The notes beneath the pieces are model-generated. The model ran no database searches, had not been told where the DNA came from, and was given only the letters and a program-made list of their open reading frames with translations. This document shows, piece by piece, positions 25,301 through 37,400 of a stretch of 64,000 bases of DNA; position 1 is the first letter of the stretch, and each line of letters starts with the position of its first letter. Origin of the DNA: Girardia tigrina (taxonomy: Eukaryota); the NCBI GenBank assembly GCA_001938485.1, contig MQRK01250615.1, positions 1-64,000 of the forward strand, written 5' to 3'. The position numbers and the translations under genes were made by a program.

Positions 25301-26150
25301 GAACACGACTTGTAGTTTTCTTCTCCAAATTTGTTTAACGTTTGATTCGTTTGATTTAATCATCGCATTGTCAGTAATTCTTTTACACCAAGTGTCAAAA
25401 TCCATTGAAAAGTCATTATTGACGGGTAAAAATGTCAAAATTGATGGAAAAATGGTATATATATAATTATATATTGCAATTTAAATTTGAAATTTATATA
25501 GAAATTTCCATAGGAACTTTTTAATATATCTAATTGTACATATTTATTTACTCTCCATTGCATAAAAATGAATAAAATAAAATTGCATAGTGCCCTAATA
25601 CTTATTTTTTATTTATTATATAAATTATACATAAATTGTCTTATATAAATTATATAAGATAAATGATTGATTATTTTTTTAAATATAAAAATAAAAAAAA
25701 TATAAAAAAATGACATTTGTTTTTTCCATCATTAATTTTGATACAGTGCCAAAGTTTGATTTATTTATCGCTTAGTATCGAAAAACATTTATACCCACAA
25801 CAGAAAAAATATTCGCGTGTATCGAAGAACAGATTAAAGTCCCTTTGCAATTAAATCAACAAAAAACATTCAACAATAATAATTCAAACAATAATTCCAC
25901 AACAACATTCGCGATCTCAAGTATCAATCTCAATTTCACTTCATCAATTCACATCCGCGCTCGTTGTCATCGACTTTCATCAATAATTCTATAAAACCAG
26001 GCAATCGTTTTTTACTTAATGAATCTCTCTCCAGCCCGATTAATAATTCTAATATTTGCTGTAATCTGCCAATTAACAAACAGAATCTCAACAAATTATC
26101 AGTTATATTCAATCTAACTTTATTCATGTTTCCCTGTGACAGAACATGTT
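22320..26150 (-). pseudogene. Decayed multi-exon host-like gene encoding a Ser-rich protein (possibly NHS/WAVE-homology family)
   Basis: Exon-like blocks at ~25937-26127, 25087-25440, 23100-24329 and 22320-22577 with some splice-like edges. Internal stops and frameshifts around 23460-23675. Family assignment is weak. Confidence 0.4.
24517..24650 (+). pseudogene. Tc1 transposase N-terminal HTH remnant
   Basis: MGR...MKALSNESLSQVAIATRLGVNQSVVSECL. Confidence 0.55.
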
Positions 26151-26585
26151 TGTGATTTTCCTACTAGTTTTATATTTTTTAATATAGTTTTGTGTAATTA
26201 AAATTTATTTTATATATTTATTTATATATTTATTTTATATATTTATTCTTTTGTTAAAACGAGCTAATAAATCAACATATCATGTCCGTTTATTAACTCG
26301 TTTTACACTGGTGTCAGAAGAAAAAAATAATAAAACTCGCCTCACAAACAATCAACCATAATTACAAAGCAGTCACTCACATAACTAGCTTCCATTCAAT
26401 TTTTATATATTTTCTTATTTATTTTATTTAAAAAAAAATTATCAATCATTTTATCATATATATCTTTATTTATAGAAACCACAAGAAAGTGTAAAAGGAT
26501 TTATAGTTTTCAAGTATCGTTTACTTCATGTATCAAGATAAGACCAGATTTTTCACCATCTAAACGTAACAGACAATATTTTCTT

Positions 26586-28093
26586 GGGTGAACAGTCAAA
26601 AGCGCCTCGACAATAGCCCCCACCGACAATATGCTTTTTTGAAAATTTTGTTTAAATTCTTAACAGAAAGCATCATTATTTCTACTATTATTATATTGTT
26701 AAAATCCCAAATATTATAGGACTTTTTGAATTTTTATAAAAAAATTTGTAAAACTTATATTATTTTGGATTTAAACAATATAATGATAGTATAAATAATA
26801 GCGCCCCAATAAAAGCGCTAAAGGCTTGAAAACGTTCATATTCTATTTCCATTTGATACTGTTCTTTTTTAAAATGTTCCTTTATTTTAAAAATTGAGGG
26901 TTTGTGGCACTCCACGGTTTGTTGAAAGGCTCTATCCCAACCTTCAACTGAATTATTTGTACGCGGCAAATTACTATTAACTCTGCCAAACATATTCCAA
27001 ACGTTTAATGGAAACATTGGTACTACTCTACGGTTGCGTCTCATTCTTCCAATGTAATTATCGGGTACCGACTTTTTGGTGCCGGACTTTTTTATTTAAT
27101 AAAATTGGGAACCGGTCTATTTGGCGCCGTTTTTATGAAGTAGAATTTTTTTAATTGTTTTTGAAAGAATTTTAAGAATATAGTTTTTGGCGCAGATTTT
27201 TTTTGAATTTTTCGCAATTTACAATGGATCATCAATCAATTTGGAGATTTATCTCTTCCTTGAAAAATGTTCAAAGAATAAACGATCAGCTTCACTTGGA
27301 GTTTATTCGTGATGATGGACCGTCGGAAAGACGAACCAAATATAAGAATTTAGACAATAGAATTCATACTATTGTGTCAGGATATCGCAACAGAGACAGA
27401 ATGGAATATCTGCGAGGAATTGCGTCGAATTTGACGTTAAATTAAGTTTCTCTATTTTAATGATTAATAAACATTAATATCTCTCTTTATTGTAATTTTT
27501 AGATTTTTTTCTAAAAAAATAAAAAAAAATTCTGTGCCAAAAACTATATTCTTAAAATTCTTTCAAAAACAGATAAAAAAATCTACTCCAAAAAATGGCG
27601 CCAAATAGACCGGTTTCCAATTTTATTAAATAAAAAAATTAAATAAAAAAGTTCGGCGCCAAAAAGTCCTGATTCCATAATTATCCTCCAAATAATTAGG
27701 TAAATAGTCACAATATTCAAGAACGTCTATTAAAGTGGATAGAAAATTTCTTGATGGAGAAAAAATTCTCCATTTTTTCTACCATGTTCTAACTTAAATT
27801 TGTATTTTTTATATTGTATTGTGCACCGCATTTTTTAAGTGTTCACAAAATATCGTTTTATCTAATTTTATAATGTTTCTAATTAAAAAATTTTTCTTGT
27901 TAAAATGTTTTTTGACTCTCAAAATTAATTCATTTAAGAATTAGTTCTGTTAAGAATAAAAACAAAAATTTCAAAAAGTGGGCGATTTTCTCTGGGCGCT
28001 TTTGTCGGTGGGCGCTTTTGTTGGGTGGCTCTTTTGTCGGGGCGCTTTTGTCGGTGGGCGCTTTTGTCCTGTGGCGCTTTTTTTCGGGGTACC
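26586..28093 (-). mobile_element. Deleted MULE element (outer)
   Basis: Transposase C-terminus YLEDNY|IGR...FPLNVWN...PRTNNSVEGW. Inverted subterminal repeats GGCGCTTTTGTC at 27990-28090 and AAAAGCGCC near 26598. Confidence 0.8.
27063..27676 (+). mobile_element. Non-autonomous MULE nested in the outer MULE
   Basis: ~140-bp TIRs; 9-bp TSD GTAATTATC / ATAATTATC. Internal ORF 27203-27445 (HQSIWRFI...YLRGIASNL) is a MULE transposase C-terminus. Confidence 0.9.
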
Positions 28094-28950
28094 ATCTTCG
28101 AGTACATAAGTCATGTCTCGTCAGAAAAGTAAAATATCTTTAATTTCTCATTGTTTATTTTACATAGAAAGGTTATAGAAGAGAAATATTATTTATAATG
28201 TAATAAATTTCTTACGTTTTTAAAAGAAAACTGAAGTTCAGTTAATTTATTCATTTAAGTAAATTAGTTTCGACTGTTTAGGGAAACAATTCATTAAACA
28301 GAAATAGATCAAAGTTGCGCAGTCCAAAATAAACCTCTTTCCACATAGTTTTACTCCGGTGCAATTAAGATTTTTTCTTTCAACACTTTTACAAATAAAA
28401 ATTCATTAGGAGACAGAAAAAGAAGAAGATTTATTAAAACTAGAATCATTATTTATTTTCTTTACTCATTTATTTTATTTTTGTAATAAAAGAATGACTT
28501 TTTTCTTTAAATTTACTTGAATATTGTATTTTAAAAAATCGGCTTTCTATTTTGCAAAAGAAAAAAAATGTTTTAATAAACTCTTAATATAAATAATTAT
28601 TAAAAAAAGATTTTTATTTTATTAAAATTATTTTTGTTGATAATTTCTGTTAACAATAAGTAATTATCTTTTATACAGTTTCGTCTATGACGGTCGATTA
28701 ATATTTCTGAAAATTAAAAATTATGAAAGTTTCGTCAGTAAAACTGATGTCAATATTTGTTGAGAATTGGTTTTCAGATTTGTTGGAAAAGTTTTCAGCC
28801 GAGAAATAAAATTTAAATGATTGAAAAACCACTTAAACATATATTGTTTTACAAAACAAACAATATATCTGGTGTAATATTACTTATCAATAACAACGAG
28901 TATAATAATAATAATAATAATAATAATAATTATTATTATTAAATAAGACA

Positions 28951-28986
<36 letters not shown>

Positions 28987-29025
28987 ATAATAAAAATAAT
29001 AAACGCCATTTTAAAAGTTTTTTAT

Positions 29026-29068
29026 TTCTCAAAACATGTTTCGCCATTACGGCATCATCAGTTGTGAA
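29026..29068 (-). ncRNA. Minimal type I hammerhead ribozyme
   Basis: TTCACAA-CTGATGA-T-GCC GTAAT GGC-GAAA-CATGTT-TTGAGAA: intact core, stem II, palindromic stem III ACATGT and stem I. Confidence 0.8.
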
Positions 29069-29305
29069 GTAAATTTCAAATTACAAGTCATTTATATGGC
29101 ACATTGANNNNNNNNNNNNNNNNNNNNNNNNNNNNNNNNNNNNNNNNNNNNNNNNNNTGATTGGATAATTCACTTTGAACATTTAAGCATGGTTTTAAAT
29201 GCTTTATTAATAATACCTCAGTGACTATCCTCTCATGATATGTGTCAAAATTTTTCTTCAAAACAGTAAATTCAGTAATTTGAAAATTCGTAATTTGAAA
29301 TTTAC

Positions 29306-29348
29306 TTCACAACTGATGATGCCGTAATGGCGAAAAATGTTTTGAGAA
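29306..29348 (+). ncRNA. Minimal hammerhead ribozyme, inverted copy with stem III mutation
   Basis: Same sequence as 29026-29068 except GAAAAATGTT in place of GAAACATGTT. Confidence 0.65.
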
Positions 29349-29420
29349 ATAAAAACTTTTAAAATGGCGTTTATTATTTTTATTTTTTACAAATAAATTG
29401 CCATTAAATCTTAATGTTAT

Positions 29421-29460
<40 letters not shown>

Positions 29461-31730
29461 AAAGACCATTTTTCATTAAATTTATTACCAAAAGGACGTT
29501 GTTTCACCTTTGCCTCATCCTTAGTCTCGGTGGAATTATGAATGGGATATCTCAATACATCATTTAATTGCCCTGAACCAGTACCATCTGGGGAACAATA
29601 CCCAAAACTGCTATATCCATATGGTTGATCAAGAGCAACCCATGCCGATTTTATGCCATAAATATATTAAATTAAATAAGAAAAATTATTAAAAATATCA
29701 AAATTCCATATACATATGTATTTTTCAAGTGTGTTTCAATAATAATCAAAGGAATGTTTCCATCAAGAATGCATAGATCAGGTTCATTTAATTGAGCATC
29801 GAGATTTCTTCATTTATTCCTTCGATATATTCATCAATTTCAATAAAGATTTCTTTCTTGCGCTTTGCTATAACTTTTTTTTCGCTTCTTTTAGTGTTGA
29901 TAATATGATTAGGAATGCTCTTATGATGAATATTTAACATTTCTAAAGAAGCGCAACATAAATTACAGTCTACACAGACTTGAATTGAAACAATTTGGCT
30001 GATAGAAGGACAATATGTATCGTAAGGAATATTCTGACTAGAAAATGCCTCATTTTGAAATAAATTCATAAACTTCGCTCAACTATCTCCTGGACTAGCA
30101 ATTTGTATTTCTGGTTTATGCATAGATGTAGGCGGTGGCAAAAAATGATTAGGAAAAAATTGAAGAAACTACTACGGGGTTCTGAACAGTCGGATTTGTC
30201 ACCACATTTAGTTATTTGCAAAATATATTGAGATGATCGAACATTTATCATTTTCCATTTTTCACTGGCACTGATTGATGTGATAACTTCTGATTCATTT
30301 GGAGTGATAAATTCTGAAATTACTGCATAGCTATCAATCACAGCTCCATTAAATATATCGGCTAGTGTTTCGCCTGTATGCTGAAAATTTAAATTTTCTA
30401 AATCCAAATCAATAGCTTTTGCATTGTTATCTAAGTGAGTTCCGAAATGGTCATGAGGCGAAATGACTTCATATATTTTGCGACTTAAAGGACACATACC
30501 TCTTTCCACTGAATTAAATGCTCTACTACTAGGGGCATTGGTCACCATGAAAAGAGCATCTAGGTTATAATTTTGAAAATGATTAATTTCTGAGTTCATT
30601 GTTTTCGGATATCGCAGATTCTTATTAGGGTCACTATCGACGAACATAATGAAGATAGATTTTGCTTGTTATTCTGGATTTTTTTGTGGTTGAATCAAAT
30701 TCCTCGACTTCTATTAATCGTTTAAAGTCTCTTGCATGACTGAAAGCGGTGGATGATGAAAGCTTTCCTGCACGAACTGCTTTATATGTAGGACCTAAGT
30801 ATGTAACCGATTCTTTAGTACCATATCCTTTTTCGGGGATAACTAGTCCTGCATAAACCGATGGAATCAAGTTATGACGATCACCAATAACCCAATCATG
30901 ATCAGGAAGCTTAACTCGATACTATTTATGCATTAAAATAGAAGCTTGTGACTAAGTGGCAGTAATACCAATTGGTACTGAACATTATCGTCCTGGCTAA
31001 TGACAGCTACTTGATTGGGGCTCAAAAAAGATGCAATCTCATTTAAATAAAATATGGTTTAGGTCGCAAACTTAGAATCAACATGCTCTTTATGTAAATC
31101 ATTAGTACTTCCAATCAATTAACAGGAACAGTACAAATGTGTCGCTTTCCATCGATGGTTTTGCAATTTTTAGACAGCAAATAATAATATACAGCAAAAC
31201 TAGGGATTTTATAACCCAGGTTAAGCAATTCATCGTGAAGTTAATTTAATGTTTTAATGCTTCTGAAGGTCTCTATTTGACGTCGCTCATCTGTTGAAGA
31301 GCCGAAAATCGGATATCAATAATTGATTTTAATAATTGTGGTTGTTCAACAGCGAATGCAGGGCGACGAACTTTTCCTTAATTTTTAATTGATGACCGTG
31401 GTCAGGATATTCCATGATTGCTTTATTCATCAATTCCTTCTCTGATCTGAATTTCCTTTGTCTTTCTATGTCTCCTTTCTTCTTTTCAATTTCCTTTTCA
31501 AGTTGGCGTTTTTTTATCTTAATCACATCGATTTCCTTCTTCTGTTCATCACTAATAATATTCACTTTTAATAATTTCTGTTTTTAATTTAATTCTCATG
31601 TACTTTGAAGTTTAAACATTATCATATAAATAAACGATATTACAAATTAAAAATTTTGAATTAGATGCACATTAGGCTACAAAAATCAGTTGAACTAATT
31701 AAGTCAAAAATCATAAAAAATTCAATCATG

Positions 31731-33755
31731 GGTTGGGTTTTATATTATTTTAATTTTATTAATTTTTGTACTGTGAGAGTTCCCATTTGACCCAATATAT
31801 TATTTGGATATGTCTCTCCGCAAAGTGTCCCTAACTCACACTTATTAGAGATCCATATCGTACCCAATCAATCCCATCTGTCCCATTAATCTCACCAGTC
31901 AAATTGATGAAGTACCTATCGGGTTCTACATAATATTTAAATATATTAGGTCTATGAAAATTGACTTATGCTACTTCTATTTAATTAATGATTATCTTAT
32001 TTTTTCCTCAGCATGTTTCTTTTTGATTTGATTATTATATTTATTATCATGATTTTATCATTTTGGTACCAGAGATTAAAGGTAAAAGAACATGAACAAA
32101 TTATATGTATATATTAAAATATAACAAGAAAACAAAAGAAAATGCTAATCAAAAGCAATCCACCCATCGTCTTTAGTCATCCAAATCTGATAGATTAACA
32201 AACTCTTCGCCTTTACCAGTTGTGATAGAGCGGAACTGTAGGCGTTCACGATTCTCCTTATGAATTTCAAGTTTTGACTTGAAGTCCAGCCATTCTTGTT
32301 ATTATATAGTCTCTTGGAAATTATTTGTTGGGGAAAACAACGAAATTTGATTAGAGATATCAAAATCAGAAGACTCTCTTTGACTGGTGTCATTTCTGAT
32401 TACAGTGTTTCCATCTTGGACTCAACCTCAGTACTAGGAGTTTTAAAAACAGCTTGCAGCTCCCTCTTGACCTGTTGAAACATTTGAGTTTTTCGCTTCC
32501 TCTGGTCACGCCGCTTCTGGGATCTGCTGAGTACCCAAGAGGAAGATGATGTCATATCTTCTTTCATAATTGATCCAAACATGTTTGGCGTCGTCACCAG
32601 AGGTTTCTTTTCCGAATTTGACCCAATCTTGTTTGTTGTGTCTATAATTAACTCGGGTTGCTCTTCTGAGACTTTTTCGATCACCTTCTTGTAGTAGCTG
32701 GACATATTTTGCTGAATTCTCATCTCGGTGACCTCGTTTTGTAAAGATTTTATTTTTTGTTGTACTAACAAATATTTATCCACAACCGGTTTATGAATTG
32801 ATAGAGAAACTGAATATATTCTGTAGTAATCAAATTCGGATGTCCTCTTCATCAATTAGTCATTCATCTTGGTGCATTATCCTTTCCATTTCTGCAACTA
32901 TAGCAGCAGTTCAATGTGTTGCTCTTTACTTTCATTAATTTTTCTATTCATGCTGAATAATGACGATGATTGGATTACAATTAAAAACAAATTAAAAAAA
33001 CAACAACACAAAAAATAATTAATGGAGGCTGAGAGAAACGAATTCTCTTCTAGAAATGAAACTGGGCAAGAACTTCCACAAACTACCAGATCATCAATAG
33101 TCTCGGCAGGCACTTTAAGCACCTGCCGTTAATCTATTAACAGATCGGCAGTCATCAAATTACCTCAAGACCTGTTCATATTCCCTACCTGATCGTCAAT
33201 AGTCTCGGCAGGAACTATAAGCCCCTACCGTTATCTATAAACAGATCGGCAGCCTTGAGGATGTTCCCCAACATCCATCAACTTAAAAAAAGAAACGAAA
33301 TCTAAAAATTACCTAAGTTCAAAAAAAATTTTTTTATGAAATTTATTCAATGAAAAAGTCTGATCAAGTGCACAAATTCGGATGAATTTATACAGTTTTC
33401 CTTTACACAAAAATTTCAAAAAGCCCATAACCGGACAATTCTCACAATCAACCTTCAATCATCCATCACTAAGTCAACAGTCCTCAGATAGAAACAACCC
33501 AGAGATGGCCAAAATTCCAATCAAATCCACGTCAACAAATCAGGCCATCAAATTCTCAGAAGAAAATATTCAAATCGACAGGATCCAAGGTTCAAAATCA
33601 ATTAAAAGTTTCTCTTTTTTAATTAATTAATTATAAATTATAATATTTTATTTTTAGTTTTGTAGATTCTGGGAGTTTTTCCTTTGCTCGCCTCGGTGCC
33701 GGTGCAATCAATAGGCCCGAGGATGAGGTGAAGGAGAAGGTCACTGGCCCCAACA
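31731..33755 (-). mobile_element. ~2.0-kb solo-LTR-like element, copy A
   Basis: Minus strand TGTTGGG...CCCAAC(C); perfect 4-bp TSD CATG (31727-31730, 33756-33759). Colinear with 58513-60575. Confidence 0.85.
32173..32951 (-). pseudogene. Disrupted copy of the LTR-internal coiled-coil ORF
   Basis: Shares SIHKPVVDKYLL.QQKIKSLQNEVTEMRIQQNMSSYY and RSQKRR..RKRK with 59319-60059; ends GKGEEFVNLSDLDD*. Confidence 0.85.
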
Positions 33756-34169
33756 CATGAAAAAAGCATACTTCGAATTTTATCATTGATTACTTAAATA
33801 TTTTAGGATTTGATACTATTGAATTTTATCTTAGAAAATCTTTGTAAAGTCACAAATTTCCATACACCCCTCCCTCTGTCATAAAATGTCACAAACGTCT
33901 AGACCCCATCCCCCCTAAAAATGTGACCTAATTGATGACCGGTCCTTAGGAACTTTTAATTTTTCTCAAGCAATTAATCAACAATTTATTTTTTTAAAAT
34001 AAATAATAACAAACCAATTCTAATAAAATTAAAAAAAACATTCATTTACAGGCAATAATTTCACCATAAAATTCAAAATTCTTCGTTCACTTTTTGTGGA
34101 GCGGTTTTGATGGCAATCCATTCCCATCTCACCAGAAACAAATCATATATAAACGCAGTTTGATTCTGG

Positions 34170-34400
34170 AAAACTTTGTACGTTTAAATGTGCTTTATAA
34201 TACTTTATCAACAATGCTTCAGAAATAATCCCTTCATAATTTGTGTCGAAATTATTTAAAATAACTTTAAAATCTTTGTTTTATTAGAACTACCTTGACA
34301 TTTCTATGAGTCCACTTTGAACTATTTCTGATTGAGCGGGTCCAACAATTCCATATTTCAAAATTTCTATCAATATTTCTGTTTTCGAGGATGAACTTTC
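34170..34400 (-). mobile_element. Penelope-like GIY-YIG C-terminal fragment
   Basis: DFKVILNNFDTNYEGIISEALLIKYYKAHLNVQ, homologous to 49960-50080. Confidence 0.7.
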
Positions 34401-37400
34401 AAAAGTGAAACTTGTTTAGTTTAATTCGTAAATTCTATTTGAAATTAACTAATTATTTATTTTGTTTTCGCAATAGAATCGTTCAATCTTCAACTATTCA
34501 GTCCTCATTTGACACAGAACCGCCATATTTTTTAACAGTTTGGTCATCGAATTGATTTAAAAATAAAAGAAATTCTAGAAATTAAATTTTTCAATAACAA
34601 AAGAATTATTTCCTTTCCTTAAGAATCGTTACTCGATCTCATCCTGATACTCCAATTCGGAAAACAAGTCTCTCAACGGCGGCTTTCTGGAAATTAGAAA
34701 CTTGAGTCTTCCCTCATCAAATTTTAATTAGTCCTAACATCCAATGCCTCATCATCTTAAAAGAATTTTTATATGTCATTTATTTTAACAATTTTGTGTT
34801 TTTTAGATACGAATATAAATAATATTTATTATTACAAAAAATATTTCGTGTAAATATCATGAAAATGAGTTTATGCTTCAAAATTGTCGAAATAAAATTA
34901 GAAAATAATCTTCTTTGGAAATTAGCGTGATCAGAAAATCGTATTTCTACCGACAATTTCATTAAAAAGAGCGACATGAAACGAGGAAACAATTATTTGT
35001 TTCAATTGAACAATAAGAAAAAACGAAATGAAATAATTTTAATTATTTAAAAAAGGATAATTTTTTGTTGAATTTGAGGGAAATAGAGAAACTTTTACTT
35101 ATTTTAAAACGAAAATTTTTGTACCGGATCTTTGGACGTGGGACGTTTGGACGCGGATATTCTTTTTTTTACTACCAGACGCTGATATTTTAATTAATAA
35201 TCATATAATTTTAAATTTATTAATTTAAATATAATTTATATTAGTTTTGTTATTATATATGGAAGTTTATATTTTTTGATTGTAAAATAATAATTAATTT
35301 TCCTTAAATCTAAAAAAATATCAGTTTCTATGTATAATAACAAACAAAAAACTATTATAAATGATATTTAAATTAGTAAATTTAAAATTAAATGATCATT
35401 TATAAAATTAAAAATTGTAAAATAAGCCTCCTCCGACTGTTACGGATAACTGTGTATTAAAAATAATACTCAGCATTGATGCACAGGGTAGTGAATCATA
35501 GACTCTGTGAATCATAGTATCTAGTAGAATCCCTTTGACAAATACAAAGTTTTCTGATCCTCTCACACGGCTTCAGATGCAACAGTGCGAGCTTTCAATG
35601 CATGCGCACGCTTCAGCTTCCCTCTGAGAAAGGACCAGTCATGTTCCTTCGTTACGTGATTCTGGAGATTTAGGGCTTTATAAACGCACTTATTGCAACG
35701 GGGAAATCAGCAATGAAACATTCATTTATCCGTTATATTATCCAGTCGAAAATTCAGCACCACACTAGGGATTACTCTTGGACAGTCCTCTTGTAAAAAT
35801 TGTAAAATAAAATTTATCACCTTCGAATAATGATAAAATTAAAACTTAATTCTAAAAAAGAATAATATTTACTCTTACTTAAACTATAAAAATATCAGTT
35901 TCCATATATCATAACTGTTAACAGAACTCACACATTTGGCAGAACATTTATTGCATTCACAATTTTGATCATCTCTATGACGATCAATAGTATTGGTTTC
36001 ACTTCAAGCCATCACTCAATGTTTAATACTTCTCATTCCAATCTGAACTACCTTGAAGTAAATTTTTTTATTAAAATTATTTAATTTAAATTTTATTAGC
36101 TAAAATAAAATTACTTTTTATAATCATTTTTAAACATTAATTTGATATTAATTATCTAAAAATTTACAAAAATAAAATGAATAAAATTATTTAAAATTTA
36201 CAATAATAAAAATTAAAAATTTGAATATTAAATCTAAATTTGAATAAATTAGTTTCAGATTATTAGAATTAAAATCTTAATCATCCATCTGATTAGGAGA
36301 GGCACAATCCCAAATCAACACACAACTGTTACGCTAGAGACTCAGAACAAATCCACAGGGAACCCTTCTCCCCACCCGAGGCCCATGTGCCCGAGACCGC
36401 CAGTGAAAGTTGTGAGGATAGTCAAACTCGACTATCCTCATTTAGGTGTAAGATCGCTCCCGGGCGTGAAGGGCGAAGGACGTGGAGAGGGCTCCTTGAG
36501 CTTTGTCTTATCCCTTTTGATTGGCACCGACTAGTGAAGAGGCTTCAACAACCCCGAAAGACTTTTTAGAAACCCTGAAAAGAACAAAATTAATTAAGAA
36601 TCTTGATTAATTAAAATTTTTTTACCAAAAGTCCATTTGAACGCGATAAACGAAAAATCGTGCCGCGAAATAATCGTTTGATCGTGAACATCCTGTATAA
36701 GCTTCGGGATGATAAACATTGTACATGAATATCCGCAGGCATTCTAAATGAAAAAATTATCAATGAATGTTTATACCCTAAAATAAACATTACGTTCGCG
36801 TGCATCCGTTGGTACACCGGCTTTGGTTCCGCGATATAGCTTGCGGTAGTTATTGTTTATTATCTCGTCTCGTTGCGAGATTATAGTCCTTATACATATC
36901 GGTGTAAACTATACATCGAATAAAAAGGATAACGCAAAATAAATAATAGGTGAACATTATTAAACATTATTAGCGCACGAAATTTTCACTCAAAATTTTA
37001 TTTCGCTTATTAGCTACAATTTTAAATCCATATATTTTCCGAACGCAAATTGCCTGATTTTCTAACTTATTGCACTGTACCATATATTTTCCAAACGATT
37101 TTTGTCAGTAATTGGCTTCCTCATAAAGATATTTGAAAGATTTGAGGAATAATACGAATAAAAATTAACATGTATGATATGACCTATGCAAGATAACATA
37201 GAATAAGGTTGACACGGAATAGTTCCGAAGAATTTAATCTAAAAAAGATACGATCGAATTTAATAAAGGTGATCGAATACCAGAAAGTGCGAGATATTAT
37301 TAAGAGAGACTGCCAGTGTGATTGTGAGAGCGAGATAGTTGAAAATAAGAGTTCGTGATAAAAACGAGTCTCTGCGTGAATCTCAAAAATTGTATTGAAT

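Larger units (their letters stand above)
28950..29460. mobile_element. Penelope-like element remnant: inverted pLTRs around a GIY-YIG C-terminal fragment
   Basis: Inverted repeat at ~28990-29085 / 29289-29388. Minus-strand NFDTYHERIVTEVLLIKHLKPCLNVQ at 29160-29260. Confidence 0.8.
29788..33945 (-). mobile_element. Decayed Zator-like DNA transposon (transposase 29788-31565), interrupted by a solo LTR
   Basis: Motifs ISQDD, LPDHDW, LIPSVYAG and NAPSSRAFNSVER. Candidate 5' TIR TAA|GGACCGGTCATCAATTAGGTCAC ends at 33945. The 3' TIR was not found. Confidence 0.65.

Noticed and set aside
31772-33757. Alternative LTR boundaries TGTG...CACA
   Set aside because: They give no TSD. Boundaries 31731-33755 give a perfect CATG TSD and match copy B.
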